From the NCBI GenBank assembly GCA_040954595.2, contig CM082590.2, positions 1,674,001-1,738,000 of the forward strand: a stretch of 64,000 nt of DNA, read 5' to 3'. Source of the DNA: Balanoglossus misakiensis. Taxonomy: Eukaryota > Animalia > Hemichordata. Made by a program: the position numbers and the translations under genes. Each line of letters begins with the position of its first letter. Positions within the stretch are counted from its first letter, which is position 1. The notes under the pieces were generated by a model. That model did no database searches. It was given only the letters and a program-made list of their open reading frames with translations, and was not told the origin of the DNA. This document shows, in pieces, positions 40,601 to 55,400 of this stretch.

Positions 40601-43400
40601 TTTATGAAGTCAATGTGAACAACTTTACTTGAAGTCAGTACATTGTAAACAGAATACCAGAGTTGTAATAATGTGTCTGGTCACAATATGTCTATAGACA
40701 CATCATGTACATGGACATGAATGCAAGAATGGACCCAGATCATTTATGAAGTCAATATGAACAACTTTATTTGATGTCAGTAAATTGTTAACAGAATACC
40801 ACAGTTGTAATAATTTGTCTGGTCACAATATGTCTATAGACACATCATGTACATGGACGTGAATGCAAGAATGGACACAGATCATTTATGAAGTCAATGT
40901 GAACAACTTTACTTGAAGTCAGTGCATTGTAAACAGAATACCACAGTTGCAATAATTTGTCTGCTCACAATATGTCTATAGACACATTACGTACATGGAC
41001 ATGAATGCAAGAATGGACACAGATCATTTATGAAGTCAATGTGAACAACTTTACTTGAATTCAGTACATTGTAAACAGAATACCACAGTTGTAATAATTT
41101 GTCTGGTCACAATATGTCTATAGACACATCATGTACATGGACATGAATGCAAGAATGGACTCAGATCATTTATGAAGTCAATGTGAACAACTTTACTTGA
41201 AGTCAGTACATTGTAAACAGAATACCAGAGTTGTAATAATTTGTCTGGTCACAATATGTCTATAGACGCATCATGTACATGAACATGAATGCAAGAATGG
41301 ACCCAGATCATTTATGAAGTCAATATGAACAACTTTATTTGATGTCAGTACATTGTTAACAGAATACCACAGTTGTAATAATTTGTCAGGTCACAATATG
41401 TCTATAGACACATCATGTACATGGACATGAATGCAAGAATGGACCCAGATCATTTATGAAGTCAATATGAACAACTTTATTTGATGTCAGTAAATTGTTA
41501 ACAGAATACCACAGTTGTAATAATTTGTCTGGTCACAATATGTCTATAGACACATCATGTACATGGACGTGAATGCAAGAATGGACACAGATCATTTATG
41601 AAGTCAATGTGAACAACTTTACTTGAAGTCAGTACATTGTAAACAGAATACCAGAGTTGTAATAATTTGTCTGGTCACAATATGTCTATAGACATATCAT
41701 GTACATGGACACGAATGAAAGAATGCACACAGATCATTTATGAAGTCAATGTGAACAACTTTACTTGAAGTCAGTACATTGTAAACAGAATACCAGAGTT
41801 GTAATAATTTGTCTGATCACAATATGTCTATAGACACATCATGTACATGGACATGAATGCAAGAATTGACCCAGATCATTTATGAAGTCAATGTGAACAA
41901 TTTTATTTGATGTCAGTACATTGTAAACAGAATACCACAGTTGTAATAATTTGTCTGGTCACAATATGTCTATAGACACATCACGTAAATTGACACAAAT
42001 GAAAGAATGGACACAGATCATTTATGAAGTCAATGTGAACAAATTTACTTGAAGTCAGTACATTGTAAACAGAATACCAGAGTTGTAATAATTTGTCTGG
42101 TCACAATATGTCTATAGACACATCATGTACATGGACACGAATGCACACAGATCATTTATGAAGTCAATGTGAACAACTTTACTTGAAGTCAGTAAATTGT
42201 AAACAGAATACCAGAGTTGTAATAATTTGTCTGATCACAATATGTCTATAGACACATCACGTAAATTGACACGAATGAAAGAATGGACACAGATCATTTA
42301 TGAAGTCAATGTGAACAACTTTACTTGAAGTCAGTACATTGTAAACAGAATACCAGAGTTGCAATAATTTGTCTGATCACAATATGTCTATAGACACATC
42401 ACGTAAATTGACACGAATGAAAGAATGGACACAGATCCTTTATGAAGTCAATGTGAACAACTTCACTTGAATTCAGTAAATTGTAAACAGAATACCAGAG
42501 TTGTAATAATGTGTCTGATCACAATATGTCTATAGACACATCACGTAAATTGACACGAATGAAAGAATGGACACAGATCATTTATGAAGTCAATGTGAAC
42601 AACTTTACTTGAAGTCAGTACATTGTAAACAGAATACCAGAGTTGTAATAATGTGTCTGGTCACAATATGTCTATAGACACATCATGTACATGGACATGA
42701 ATGCAAGAATGGACCCAGATCATTTATGAAGTCAATATGAACAACTTTATTTGATGTCAGTAAATTGTTAACAGAATACCACAGTTGTAATAATTTGTCT
42801 GGTCACAATATGTCTATAGACACATCATGTACATGGACGTGAATGCAAGAATGGACACAGATCATTTATGAAGTCAATGTGAACAACTTTACTTGAAGTC
42901 AGTGCATTGTAAACAGAATACCACAGTTGCAATAATTTGTCAGGTCACAATATGTCTATAGACACATTACGTACATGGACATGAATGCAAGAATGGACAC
43001 AGATCATTTATGAAGTCAATGTGAACATCTTTACTTGAATTCAGTACATTGTAAACAGAATACCACAGTTGTAATAATTTGTCTGGTCACAATATGTCTA
43101 TAGACACATCATGTACATGGACATGAATGCAAGAATGGACTCAGATCATTTATGAAGTCAATGTGAACAACTTTACTTGAAGTCAGTACATTGTAAACAG
43201 AATACCAGAGTTGTAATAATTTGTCTGGTCACAATATGTCTATAGACGCATCATGTACATGAACATGAATGCAAGAATGGACCCAGATCATTTATGAAGT
43301 CAATATGAACAACTTTATTTGATGTCAGTACATTGTTAACAGAATACCACAGTTGTAATAATTTGTCAGGTCACAATATGTCTATAGACACATCATGTAC
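31650..43400. repeat. Zone of 7-8-mer higher-order repeats (986/1128 bp) with 5040-bp and 1980-bp recurrences
   Basis: Marker AATTTTATTTGATG at 33751, 34737, ~35865, 38791, 39777, ~41899. Deletion junction TATAGACTCATTT in the blocks starting 32581 and 37621 (5040 apart). GACTCAGAT at 41158/43138 (1980 apart). Confidence 0.8.
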
Positions 43401-46400
43401 ATGGGCATGAATGCAAGAATGGACACAGATCATTTATGAAGTCAATGTGAACAACTTTACTTGAAGTCAGTAAATTGTAAACAGAATACCAGAGTTGTAA
43501 TAATTTGTCTGGTCACAATATGTCTATAGACACATCATGTACATGGACATGAATGCAAGAATGGACCCAGATCATTTATGAAGTCAATATGAACAACTTT
43601 TTTTGATGTCAGTAAATTGTTAACAGAATACCACAGTTGTAATAATTTGTCTGGTCACAATATGTCTATAGACACATCACGTACATGGACGTGAATGCAA
43701 GAATGGACACAGATCATTTATGAAGTCAATGTGAACAACTTTACTTGAAGTCAGTGCATTGTAAACAGAATACCACAGTTGCAATAATTTGTCTGCTCAC
43801 AATATGTCTATAGACACATTACGTACATGGACATGAATGCAAGCATGGACACAGATCATTTATGAAGTCAATGTGAACAACTTTACTTGAATTCAGTACA
43901 TTGTAAACAGAATACCACAGTTGTAATAATTTGTCTGGTCACAATATGTCTATAGACACATCATGTACATGGACATGACTGCAAGAATGGACTCAGATCA
44001 TTTATGAAGTCAATGTGAACAACTTTACTTGAAGTCAGTACATTGTAAACAGAATACCAGAGTTGTAATAATTTGTCTGGTCACAATATGTCTATAGACG
44101 CATCATGTACATGAACATGAATGCAAGAATGGACCCAGATCATTTATGAAGTCAATATGAACAACTTTATTTGATGTCAGTACATTGTTAACAGAATACC
44201 ACAGTTGTAATAATTTGTCATGTCACAATATGTCTATAGACAAATCACGTACATGGACATGAATGCAAGAATGGACACAGATCATTTATGAAGTCAATGT
44301 GAACAACTTTACTTGAAGTCAGTACATTGTAAACAGAATACCAGAGTTGTAATAATTTGTCTGATCACAATATGTCTATAGACACATCATGTACATGGAC
44401 ATGAATGCAAGAATTGACCCAGATCATTTATGAAGTCAATGTGAACAACTTTATTTGATGTCAGTACATTGTAAACAGAATACCACAGTTGTAATAATTT
44501 GTCTGGTCACAAAATGTCTATAGACACATCATGTACATGGACATGAATGCAAGAATGGACACAGATCATTTATGAAGTCAATGTGAACAACTTTACTTGA
44601 AGTCAGTACATTGTAAACAGAATACCAGAGTTGTAATAATTTGTCTGGTCACAATATGTCTATAGACACATCATGTACATGGACATGAATGCAAGAATTG
44701 ACCCAGATCATTTATGAAGTCAATATGAACAACATTATTTGATGTCAGTAAATTGTTAACAGAATACCACAGTTGTAATAATTTGTCTGGTCACAATATG
44801 TCTATAGACACATCATGTACATGGACATGAATGCAAGAATGGACACAGATCATTTATGAAGTCAATGTGAACAACTTTACTTGAAGTCAGTACATTGTAA
44901 ACAGAATACCAGAGTTGTAATAATTTGTCTGATCACAATATGTCTATAGACACATCACGTAAATTGACACGAATGAAAGAATGGACACAGATCATTTATG
45001 AAGTCAATGTGAACAAATTTACTTGAAGTCAGTACATTGTAAACAGAATACCAGAGTTGTAATAATTTGTCTGGTCACAATATGTCTATAGACACATCAT
45101 GTACATGGACACGAATGCACACAGATCATTTATGAAGTCAATGTGAACAACTTTACTTGAAGTCAGTAAATTTTAAACAGAATACCAGAGTTGTAATAAT
45201 TTGTCTGATCACAATATGTCTATAGACACATCACGTAAATTGACACGAATGAAAGAATGGACACAGATCATTTATGAAGTCAATGTGAACAACTTTACTT
45301 GAAGTCAGTACATTGTAAACAGAATACCAGAGTTGCAATAATTTGTCTGATCACAATATGTCTATAGACACATCACGTAAATTGACACGAATGAAAGAAT
45401 GGACACAGATCCTTTATGAAGTCAATGTGAACAACTTCACTTGAATTCAGTACATTGTAAACAGAATACCAGAGTTGAAATAGTTTGTCTGGTCACAATA
45501 TGTCTATAGACACATCATGTACATGGACATGAATGCAAGAATGGACACAGATCATTTATGAAGTCAATGTGAACAACTTTACTTGAAGTCAGTACATTGT
45601 AAACAGAATACCAGCGTTGTAATAATTTGTCTGGTCACAATATGTCTATAGACATATCATGTACATGGACACGAATGAAAGAATGCACACAGATCATTTA
45701 TGAAGTCAATGTGAACAACTTTACTTGAAGTCAGTACATTGTAAACAGAATACCACAGTTGTAATAATTTGTCTGCTCACAATATGTCTATAGACACATC
45801 ATGTACATGGACATGAATGCAAGAATGGACACAGATCATTTATGAAGTCAATGTGAACAACTTTACTTGAAGTCAGTAAATTGTAAACAGAATACCAGAG
45901 TTGTAATAATTTGTCTGGTCATAATATGTCTATAGACACATCATGTACATGGACATGAATGCAAGAATGGACACAGATTATTTATGAAGTCAATGTGAAC
46001 AACTTTACTTGAAGTCAGTACATTGTAAACAGAATACCACAGTTGCAATAATTTGTCTGGTCACAATATGTCTATAGACACATCATGTACATGGACATGA
46101 ATGCAAGAATGGACACAGATCATTTATGAAGTCAATGTGAACAACTTTACTTGAAGTCAGTACATTGTAAACAGAATACCAGAGTTGTAATAATTTGTCT
46201 GATCACAATATGTCTATAGACACATCATGTACACGTACATGAATGCAAGAATGGACACAGATCATTTATGAAGTCAATGTGAACAACTTTACTTGAAGTC
46301 AGTAAATTGTAAACAGAATACCAGAGTTGTAATAATTTGTCTGGTCATAATATGTCTATAGACACATCATGTACATGTACATGAATGCAAGAATGGACAC

Positions 46401-49400
46401 AGATCATTTATGAAGTCAATGTGAACAACTTTACTTGAAGTCAGTAAATTGTAAACAGAATACCAGAGTTGTAATAATTTGTCTGGTCATAATATGTCTA
46501 TAGACACATCATGTACATGGACATGAATGCAAGAATGGACACAGATTATTTATGAAGTCAATGTGAACAACTTTACTTGAAGTCAGTACATTGTAAACAG
46601 AATACCACAGTTGCAATAATTTGTCTGGTCACAATATGTCTATAGACACATCATGTACATGGACATGAATGCAAGAATGGACACAGATCATTTATAAAGT
46701 CAATGTGAACAACTTTACTTGAAGTCAGTACATTGTAAACAGAATACCACAGTTGTAATAATTTGTCTGGACACAATATGTCTATAGACACATCACGTAC
46801 ATGGACATGAATGCAATAATGGACACAGATCATTTATGAAGTCAATGTGAACAACTTCACTTGAATTCAGTACATTGTGAACAGAATACATGAGTTGAAA
46901 TAGTTTGTCTGGTCACAATATGTCTATAGACACATCATGTACATGGACATGAATGCAAGAATTGACCCAGATCATTTTTGAAGTCAATGTGAACAACTTT
47001 ATTTGATGTCAGTACATTGTAAACAGAATACCACAGTTGTAATAATTTGTCTGGTCACAATATGTCTATAGACACATCATGTACATGGACATGAATGCAA
47101 GAATGGACACAGATCATTTATGAAGTCAATGTGAACAACTTTACTTGAAGTCAGGAGATTGTAAACAGAATACCAGAGTTGTAATAATGTGTCTGGTCAC
47201 AATATGTCTATAGACACATCACGTACATGGACATGAATGCAATAATGGACACAGATCATTTATGAAGTCAATGTGAACAACTTCACTTGAATTCAGTACA
47301 TTGTGAACAGAATACATGAGTTGAAATAGTTTGTCTGGTCACAATATGTCTATAGACACATCATGTCCATGGACATGAATGCAAGAATTGACCCAGATCA
47401 TTTTTGAAGTCAATGTGAACAACTTTATTTGAATTCAGTACATTGTGAACAGAATACATGAGTTGAAATAGTTTGTCTGGTCACAATATGTCTATAGACA
47501 CATCATGTACATGGACATGAATGCAAGAATTGACCCAGATCATTTTTGAAGTCAATGTGAACAACTTTATTTGATGTCAGTACATTGTAAACAGAATACC
47601 ACAGTTGTAATAATTTGTCTGGTCACAATATGTCTATAGACACATCATGTACATGGACATGAATGCAAGAATGGACACAGATCATTTATGAAGTCAATGT
47701 GAACAACTTTACTTGAAGTCAGTACATTGTAAACAGAATACCAGAGTTGTAATAATGTGTCTGGTCACAATATGTCTATAGACACATCACGTACATGGAC
47801 ATGAATGCAATAATGGACACAGATCATTTATGAAGTCAATGTGAACAACTTCACTTGAATTCAGTACATTGTGAACAGAATACATGAGTTGAAATAGTTT
47901 GTCTGGTCACAATATGTCTATAGACACATCATGTACATGGACATGAATGCAAGAATTGACCCAGATCATTTTTGAAGTCAATGTGAACAACTTTATTTGA
48001 TGTCAGTACATTGTAAACAGAATACCACAGTTGTAATAATTTGTCTGGTCACAATATGTCTATAGACACATCATGTACATGGACATGAATGCAAGAATGG
48101 ACACAGATCATTTATGAAGTCAATGTGAACAACTTTACTTGAAGTCAGTACATTGTAAACAGAATACCAGAGTTGTAATAATGTGTCTGGTCACAATATG
48201 TCTATAGACACATCATGTACATGGACATGAATGCAAGAATGGACCCAGATCATTTATGAAGTCAATATGAACAACTTTATTTGATGTCAGTAAGTTGTTA
48301 ACAGAATACCACAGTTGTAATAATTTGTCTGGTCACAATATGTCTCTAGACACATCATGTACATGGACATGAATGCAAGAATGGACACAGATCATTTATG
48401 AAGTCAATGTGAACAACTTTACTTGAAGTCAGTGCATTGTAAACAGAATACCACAGTTGCAATAATTTGTCTGCTCACAATATGTCTATAGACACATTAC
48501 GTACATGGACATGAATGCAAGCATGGACAAAGATCATTTATGAAGTCAATGTGAACAACTTTACTTGAATTCAGTACATTGTAAACAGAATACCACAGTT
48601 GTAATAATTTGTCTGGTCACAATATGTCTATAGACACATCATGTACATGGACATGAATGCAAGAATGGACTCAGATCATTTATGAAGTCAATGTGAACAA
48701 CTTTACTTGAAGTCAGTACATTGTAAACAGAATACCAGAGTTGTAATAATTTGTCTGGTCACAATATGTCTATAGACGCAACATGTACATGAACATGAAT
48801 GCAAGAATGGACCCAGATCATTTATGAAGTCAATATGAACAACTTTATTTGATGTCAGTACATTGTTAACAGAATACCACAGTTGTAATAATTTGTCAGG
48901 TCACAATATGTCTATAGACACATCATGTACATGGGCATGAATGCAAGAATGGACACAGATCATTTATGAAGTCAATGTGAACAACTTTACTTGAAGTCAG
49001 TAAATTGTAAACAGAATACCAGAGTTGTAAAAATTTGTCTGGTCACAATATGTCTATAGACACATCATGTACATGGACATGAATGCAAGAATGGACCCAG
49101 ATCATTTATGAAGTCAATATGAACAACTTTATTTGATGTCAGTAAATTGTTAACAGAATACCACAGTTGTAATAATTTGTCTGGTCACAATATGTCTATA
49201 GACACATCATGTACATGGACGTGAATGCAAGAATGGACACAGATCATTTATGAAGTCAATGTGAACAACTTTACTTGAAGTCAGTGCATTGTAAACAGAA
49301 TACCACAGTTGCAATAATTTGTCTGCTCACAATATGTCTATAGACACATCATGTACATGAACATGAATGCAAGAATGGACCCAGATCATTTATGAAGTCA

Positions 49401-52400
49401 ATATGAACAACTTTATTTGATGTCAGTACATTGTTAACAGAATACCACAGTTGTAATAATTTGTCAGGTCACAATATGTCTATAGACACATCATGTACAT
49501 GGGCATGAATGCAAGAATGGACACAGATCATTTATGAAGTCAATGTAAACAACTTTACTTGAAGTCATTACATTGTAAACAGAATACACACAGTTGTAAT
49601 AATTTGTCTGGACACAATATGTCTATAGACACATCACGTACATGGACATGAATGCAATAATGGACACAGATCATTTATGAAGTCAATGTGAACAACTTTA
49701 CTTGAAGTCAGTACATTGTAAACAGAATACCAGAGTTGTAATAATTTGTCTGCTCACAATATGTCTATAGACACATCATGTAAATTGACACGAATGAAAG
49801 AATGCACACAGATCATTTATGAAGTCAATGTGAACAACTTTACTTGAAGTCAGTACATTGTAAACAGAATACCAGAGTTGTAATAATTTGTCTGGTCACA
49901 ATATGTCTATAGACACATCACGTACATGGACATGAATGCAAGAATGGACACAGATCATTTATGAAGTCAATGTGAACAACTTTACTTGAAGTCAGTACAT
50001 TGTAAACAGAATACCAGAGTTGTAATAATTTGTCTGGTCACAATATGTCTATAGACACATCATGTACATGGACATGAATGCAAGAATGGACACAGATCAT
50101 TTATGAAGTCAATGTGAACAACTTTACTTGAAGTCAGTACATTGTTAACAGAATACCAAAGTTGTAATAATTTGTCAGGTCACAATATGTCTATAGACAC
50201 ATCATGTACATGGGCATGAATGCAAGAATGGGCACAGATCATTTATGAAGTCAATGTGAACAACTTTACTTGAAGTCAGTACATTGTAAACAGAATACCA
50301 CAGTTGTAATAATTTGTCTGGACACAATATGTCTATAGACACATCACGTACATGGACATGAATGCAAGAATGGACACAGATCATTTATGAAGTCAATGTG
50401 AACAACTTTACTTGAAGTCAGTACATTGTAAACAGAATACCAGAGTTGTAATAATTTGTCTGCTCACAATATGTCTATAGACACATCATGTAAATTGACA
50501 CGAATGAAAGAATGCACACAGATCATTTATGAAGTCAATGTGAACAACTTTACTTGAAGTCAGTACATTGTAAACAGAATACCAGAGTTGTAATAATTTG
50601 TCTGGTCACAATATGTCTATAGACACATCACGTACATGGACATGAATGCAAGAATGGACACAGATCATTTATGAAGTCAATGTGAACAACTTTACTTGAA
50701 GTCAGTACATTGTAAACAGAATACCACAGTTGTAATAATTTGTCTGGTCACAATATGTCTATAGACACATCATGTACATGGACATGAATGCAAGAATGGA
50801 CACAGATCATTTATGAAGTCAATGTGAACAACTTTACTTGAAGTCAGTACATTGTAAACAGAATACCAGAGTTGTAATAATTTGCCTGGTCACAATATGT
50901 CTATAGACACATTATGTACATGGACACGAATGCACACAGATCATTTATGAAGTCAATGTGAACAACTTTACTTGAAGTCAGTAAATTGTAAACAGAATAC
51001 CAGAGTTGTAATAATTTGTCTGATCACAATATGTCTATAGACACATCACGTAAATTGACACGAATGAAAGAATGGACACATATCATTTATGAAGTCAATG
51101 TGAACAACTTTACTTGAAGTCAGTACATTGTAAACAGAATACCACAGTTGTAATAATTTGTCTACTCACAATATGTCTATAGACACATCATGTACATGGA
51201 CATGAATGCAAGAATGGACCCAGATCATTTATGAAGTCAATATGAACAACTTTATTTGATGTCAGTAAATTGTTAACAGAATACCACAGTTGTAATAATT
51301 TGTCTGGTCACAATATGTCTATAGACACATCATGTACATGGACATGAATGCAAGAATGGACCCAGATCATTTATGAAGTCAATATGAACAACTTTATTTG
51401 ATGTCAGTAAATTGTTAACAGAATAGCACAGTTGTAACAATTTGTCTGGTCACAATATGTCTATAGACACATCATGTACATGGACACGAATGCACACAGA
51501 TCATTTATGAAGTCAATGTGAACAACTTTACTTGAAGTCAGTAAATTGTAAACAGAATACCAGAGTTGTAATAATTTGTCTGGTCACAATATGTCTATAG
51601 ACACATCATGTACATGGACACGAATGCACACAGATCATTTATGAAGTCAATATGAACAACATTACTTGAAGTCAGTACATTGTAAACAGAATACCACAGT
51701 TGTAATAATTTGTCTGGTCACAATATGTCTATAGACACATCATGTACATGGACACGAATGCAAACAGATCATTTATGAAGTCAATGTGAACAACTTTACT
51801 TGAAGTCAGTAAATTGTAAACAGAATACCAGAGTTGTAATAATTTTTCTGATCACAATATGTCTATAGACACATTACGTAAATTGACACGAATGAAAGAA
51901 TGGACACAGATCATTTATGAAGTCAATGTGAACAACTTTACTTGAAGTCAGTAAATTGTAAACAGAATACATGAGTTGAAATAGTTTGTCTGGTCACAAT
52001 ATGTCTATAGACACATCATGTACATGGACATGATTGCAAGAATGGACACAGATCATTTATGAAGTCAATGTGAACAACTTTACTTGAAGTCAGTACATTG
52101 TAAACAGAATACCAGAGTTGTAATAATTTGTCTGGTCACAATATGTCTATAGACACATCATGTACATGGACATGAATGCAAGAATTGACCCAGATCATTT
52201 ATGAAGTCAATATGAACAACTTTATTTGATGTCAGTACATTGTAAACAGAATACCACAGTTGTAATAATTTGTCTGGTCACAATATGTCTATAGACACAT
52301 CATGTACATGGACATGAATGCAAGAATGGACACAGATCATTTATGAAGTCAATGTGAACAACTTTACTTGAAGTCAGTACATTGTAAACAGAATACCACA

Positions 52401-55400
52401 GTTGTAATAATGTGTCTGGTCACAATATGTCTATAGACACATCATGTACATGGACACGAATGCACACAGATCATTTATGAAGTCAATGTGAACAACTTTA
52501 CTTGAAGTCAGTAAATTGTAAACAGAATACCAGAGTTGTAATAATTTGTCTGGTCATAATATGTCTATAGACACATCATGTACATGGACATGAATGCAAG
52601 AATGGACACAGATCATTTATGAAGTCAATGTGAACAACTTTACTTGAAGTCAGTACATTGTAAACAGAATACCACAGTTGTAATAATTTGTCTGGTCACA
52701 ATATGTCTATAGACACATCATGTACATGGACATGAATGCAAGAATGGACACAGATCATTTATGAAGTCAATGTGAACAACTTTATTTGATGTCAGTACAT
52801 TGTTAACAGAATACCACAGTTGTAATAATTTGTCTGGTCACAATATGTCTATAGACACATCATGTACATGGACATGAATGCAAGAATTGACACAGATCAT
52901 TTATGAAGTCAATGTGAACAACTTTACTTGAAGTCAGTAAATTGTAAACAGAATACATGAGTTGAAATAGTTTGTCTGGTCACAATATGTCTATAGACAC
53001 ATCATGTACATGGACATGATTGCAAGAATGGACACAGATCATTTATGAAGTCAATGTGAACAACTTTACTTGAAGTCAGTACATTGTAAACAGAATACCA
53101 GAGTTGTAATAATTTGTCTGGTCACAATATGTCTATAGACACATCATGTACATGGACATGAATGCAAGAATTGACCCAGATCATTTATGAAGTCAATATG
53201 AACAACTTTATTTGATGTCAGTACATTGTAAACAGAATACCACAGTTGTAATAATTTGTCTGGTCACAATATGTCTATAGACACATCATGTACATGGACA
53301 TGAATGCAAGAATGGACACAGATCATTTATGAAGTCAATGTGAACAACTTTACTTGAAGTCAGTAAATTGTAAACAGAATACCAGAGTTGTAATAATTTG
53401 TCTGGTCATAATATGTCTATAGACACATCATGTACATGGACATGAATGCAAGAATGGACACAGATCATTTATGAAGTCAATGTGAACAACTTTACTTGAA
53501 GTCAGTACATTGTAAACAGAATACCACAGTTGTAATAATTTGTCTGGTCACAATATGTCTATAGACACATCATGTACATGGACATGAATGCAAGAATGGA
53601 CACAGATCATTTATGAAGTCAATGTAAACAACTTTATTTGATGTCAGTACATTGTTAACAGAATACCACAGTTGTAATAATTTGTCTGGTCACAATATGT
53701 CTATAGACACATCATGTACATGGACATGAATGCAAGAATTGACACAGATCATTTATGAAGTCAATGTGAACAACTTTACTTGAAGTCAGTACATTGTAAA
53801 CAGAATACCACAGTTGTAATAATTTGTCTGGTCACAATATGTCTATAGACACATCATGTACATGGACATGAATGCAAGAATGGACACAGATCATTTATGA
53901 AGTCAATGTGAACAACTTTACTTGAAGTCAGTACATTGTAAACAGAATACCACAGTTGCAATAATTTGTCTGCTCACAATATGTCTATAGACACATCATG
54001 TAAATTGACACGAATGAAAGAATGCACACAGATCATTTATGAAGTCAATGTGAACAACTTTACTTGAAGTCAGTACATTGTAAACAGAATACCAGAGTTG
54101 TAATAATTTGTCTGGTCACAATATGTCTATAGACACATCACGTACATGGACACGAATGAAAGAATGCACACAGATCATTTATGAAGTCAATGTGAACAAC
54201 TTTACTTGAAGTCAGTACATTGTAAACAGAATACCAGAGTTGTAATAATTTGTCTGGTCACAATATGTCTATAGACACATCATGTACATGGAGACGAATG
54301 AAAGAATGCACACAGATCATTTATGATGTCAATGTGAACAACTTTACTTGAAGTCAGTAAATTGTAAACAGAATACCACAGTTGTAATAATTTGTCTGGT
54401 CACAATATGTCTATAGACACATCATGTACATGTACATGAATGCAAGAATGGACACAGATCATTTATGAAGTCAATGTGAACAACTTTAGTTGAAGTAAGT
54501 ACATTGTAAACAGAATACCAGAGTTGTAATAATTTGTCTGATCACAATATGTCTATAGACACATCATGTACATGTACATGAATGCAAGAATGGACACAGA
54601 TCATTTATGAAGTCAATGTGAACAACTTTACTTGAAGTCAGTAAATTGTAAACAGAATACCAGAGTTGTAATAATTTGTCTGGTCATAATATGTCTATAG
54701 ACACATCATGTACATGGACATGATGCAAGAATGGACACAGATTATTTATGAAGTCAATGTGAACAACTTTACTTGAAGTCAGTACATTGTAAACAGAATA
54801 CCACAGTTGTAATAATTTGTCTGGTCACAATATGTCTATAGACACATCATGTACATGGACATAATTGCAAGAATGGACACAGATCATTTATGAAGTCAAT
54901 GTGAACAACTTTACTTGAAGTCAGTATATTGTAAACAGAATACCACAGTTGTAATAATTTGTCTGGTCACAATATGTCTATAGACACATCATGTACATGG
55001 ACATGAATGCAAGAATGGACACAGATCATTTATGAAGTCAATGTGAACAACTTTATTTGATGTCAGTACATTGTTAACAGAATACCACAGTTGTAATAAT
55101 TTGTCTGGTCACAATATGTCTATAGACACATCATGTACATGGACATGAATGCAAGAATTGACACAGATCATTTATGAAGTCAATGTGAACAACTTTACTT
55201 GAAGTCAGTAAATTGTAAACAGAATACATGAGTTGAAATAGTTTGTCTGGTCACAATATGTCTATAGACACATCATGTACATGGACATGATTGCAAGAAT
55301 GGACACAGATCATTTATGAAGTCAATGTGAACAACTTTACTTGAAGTCAGTACATTGTAAACAGAATACCACAGTTGTAATAATTTGTCTGGTCACAATA

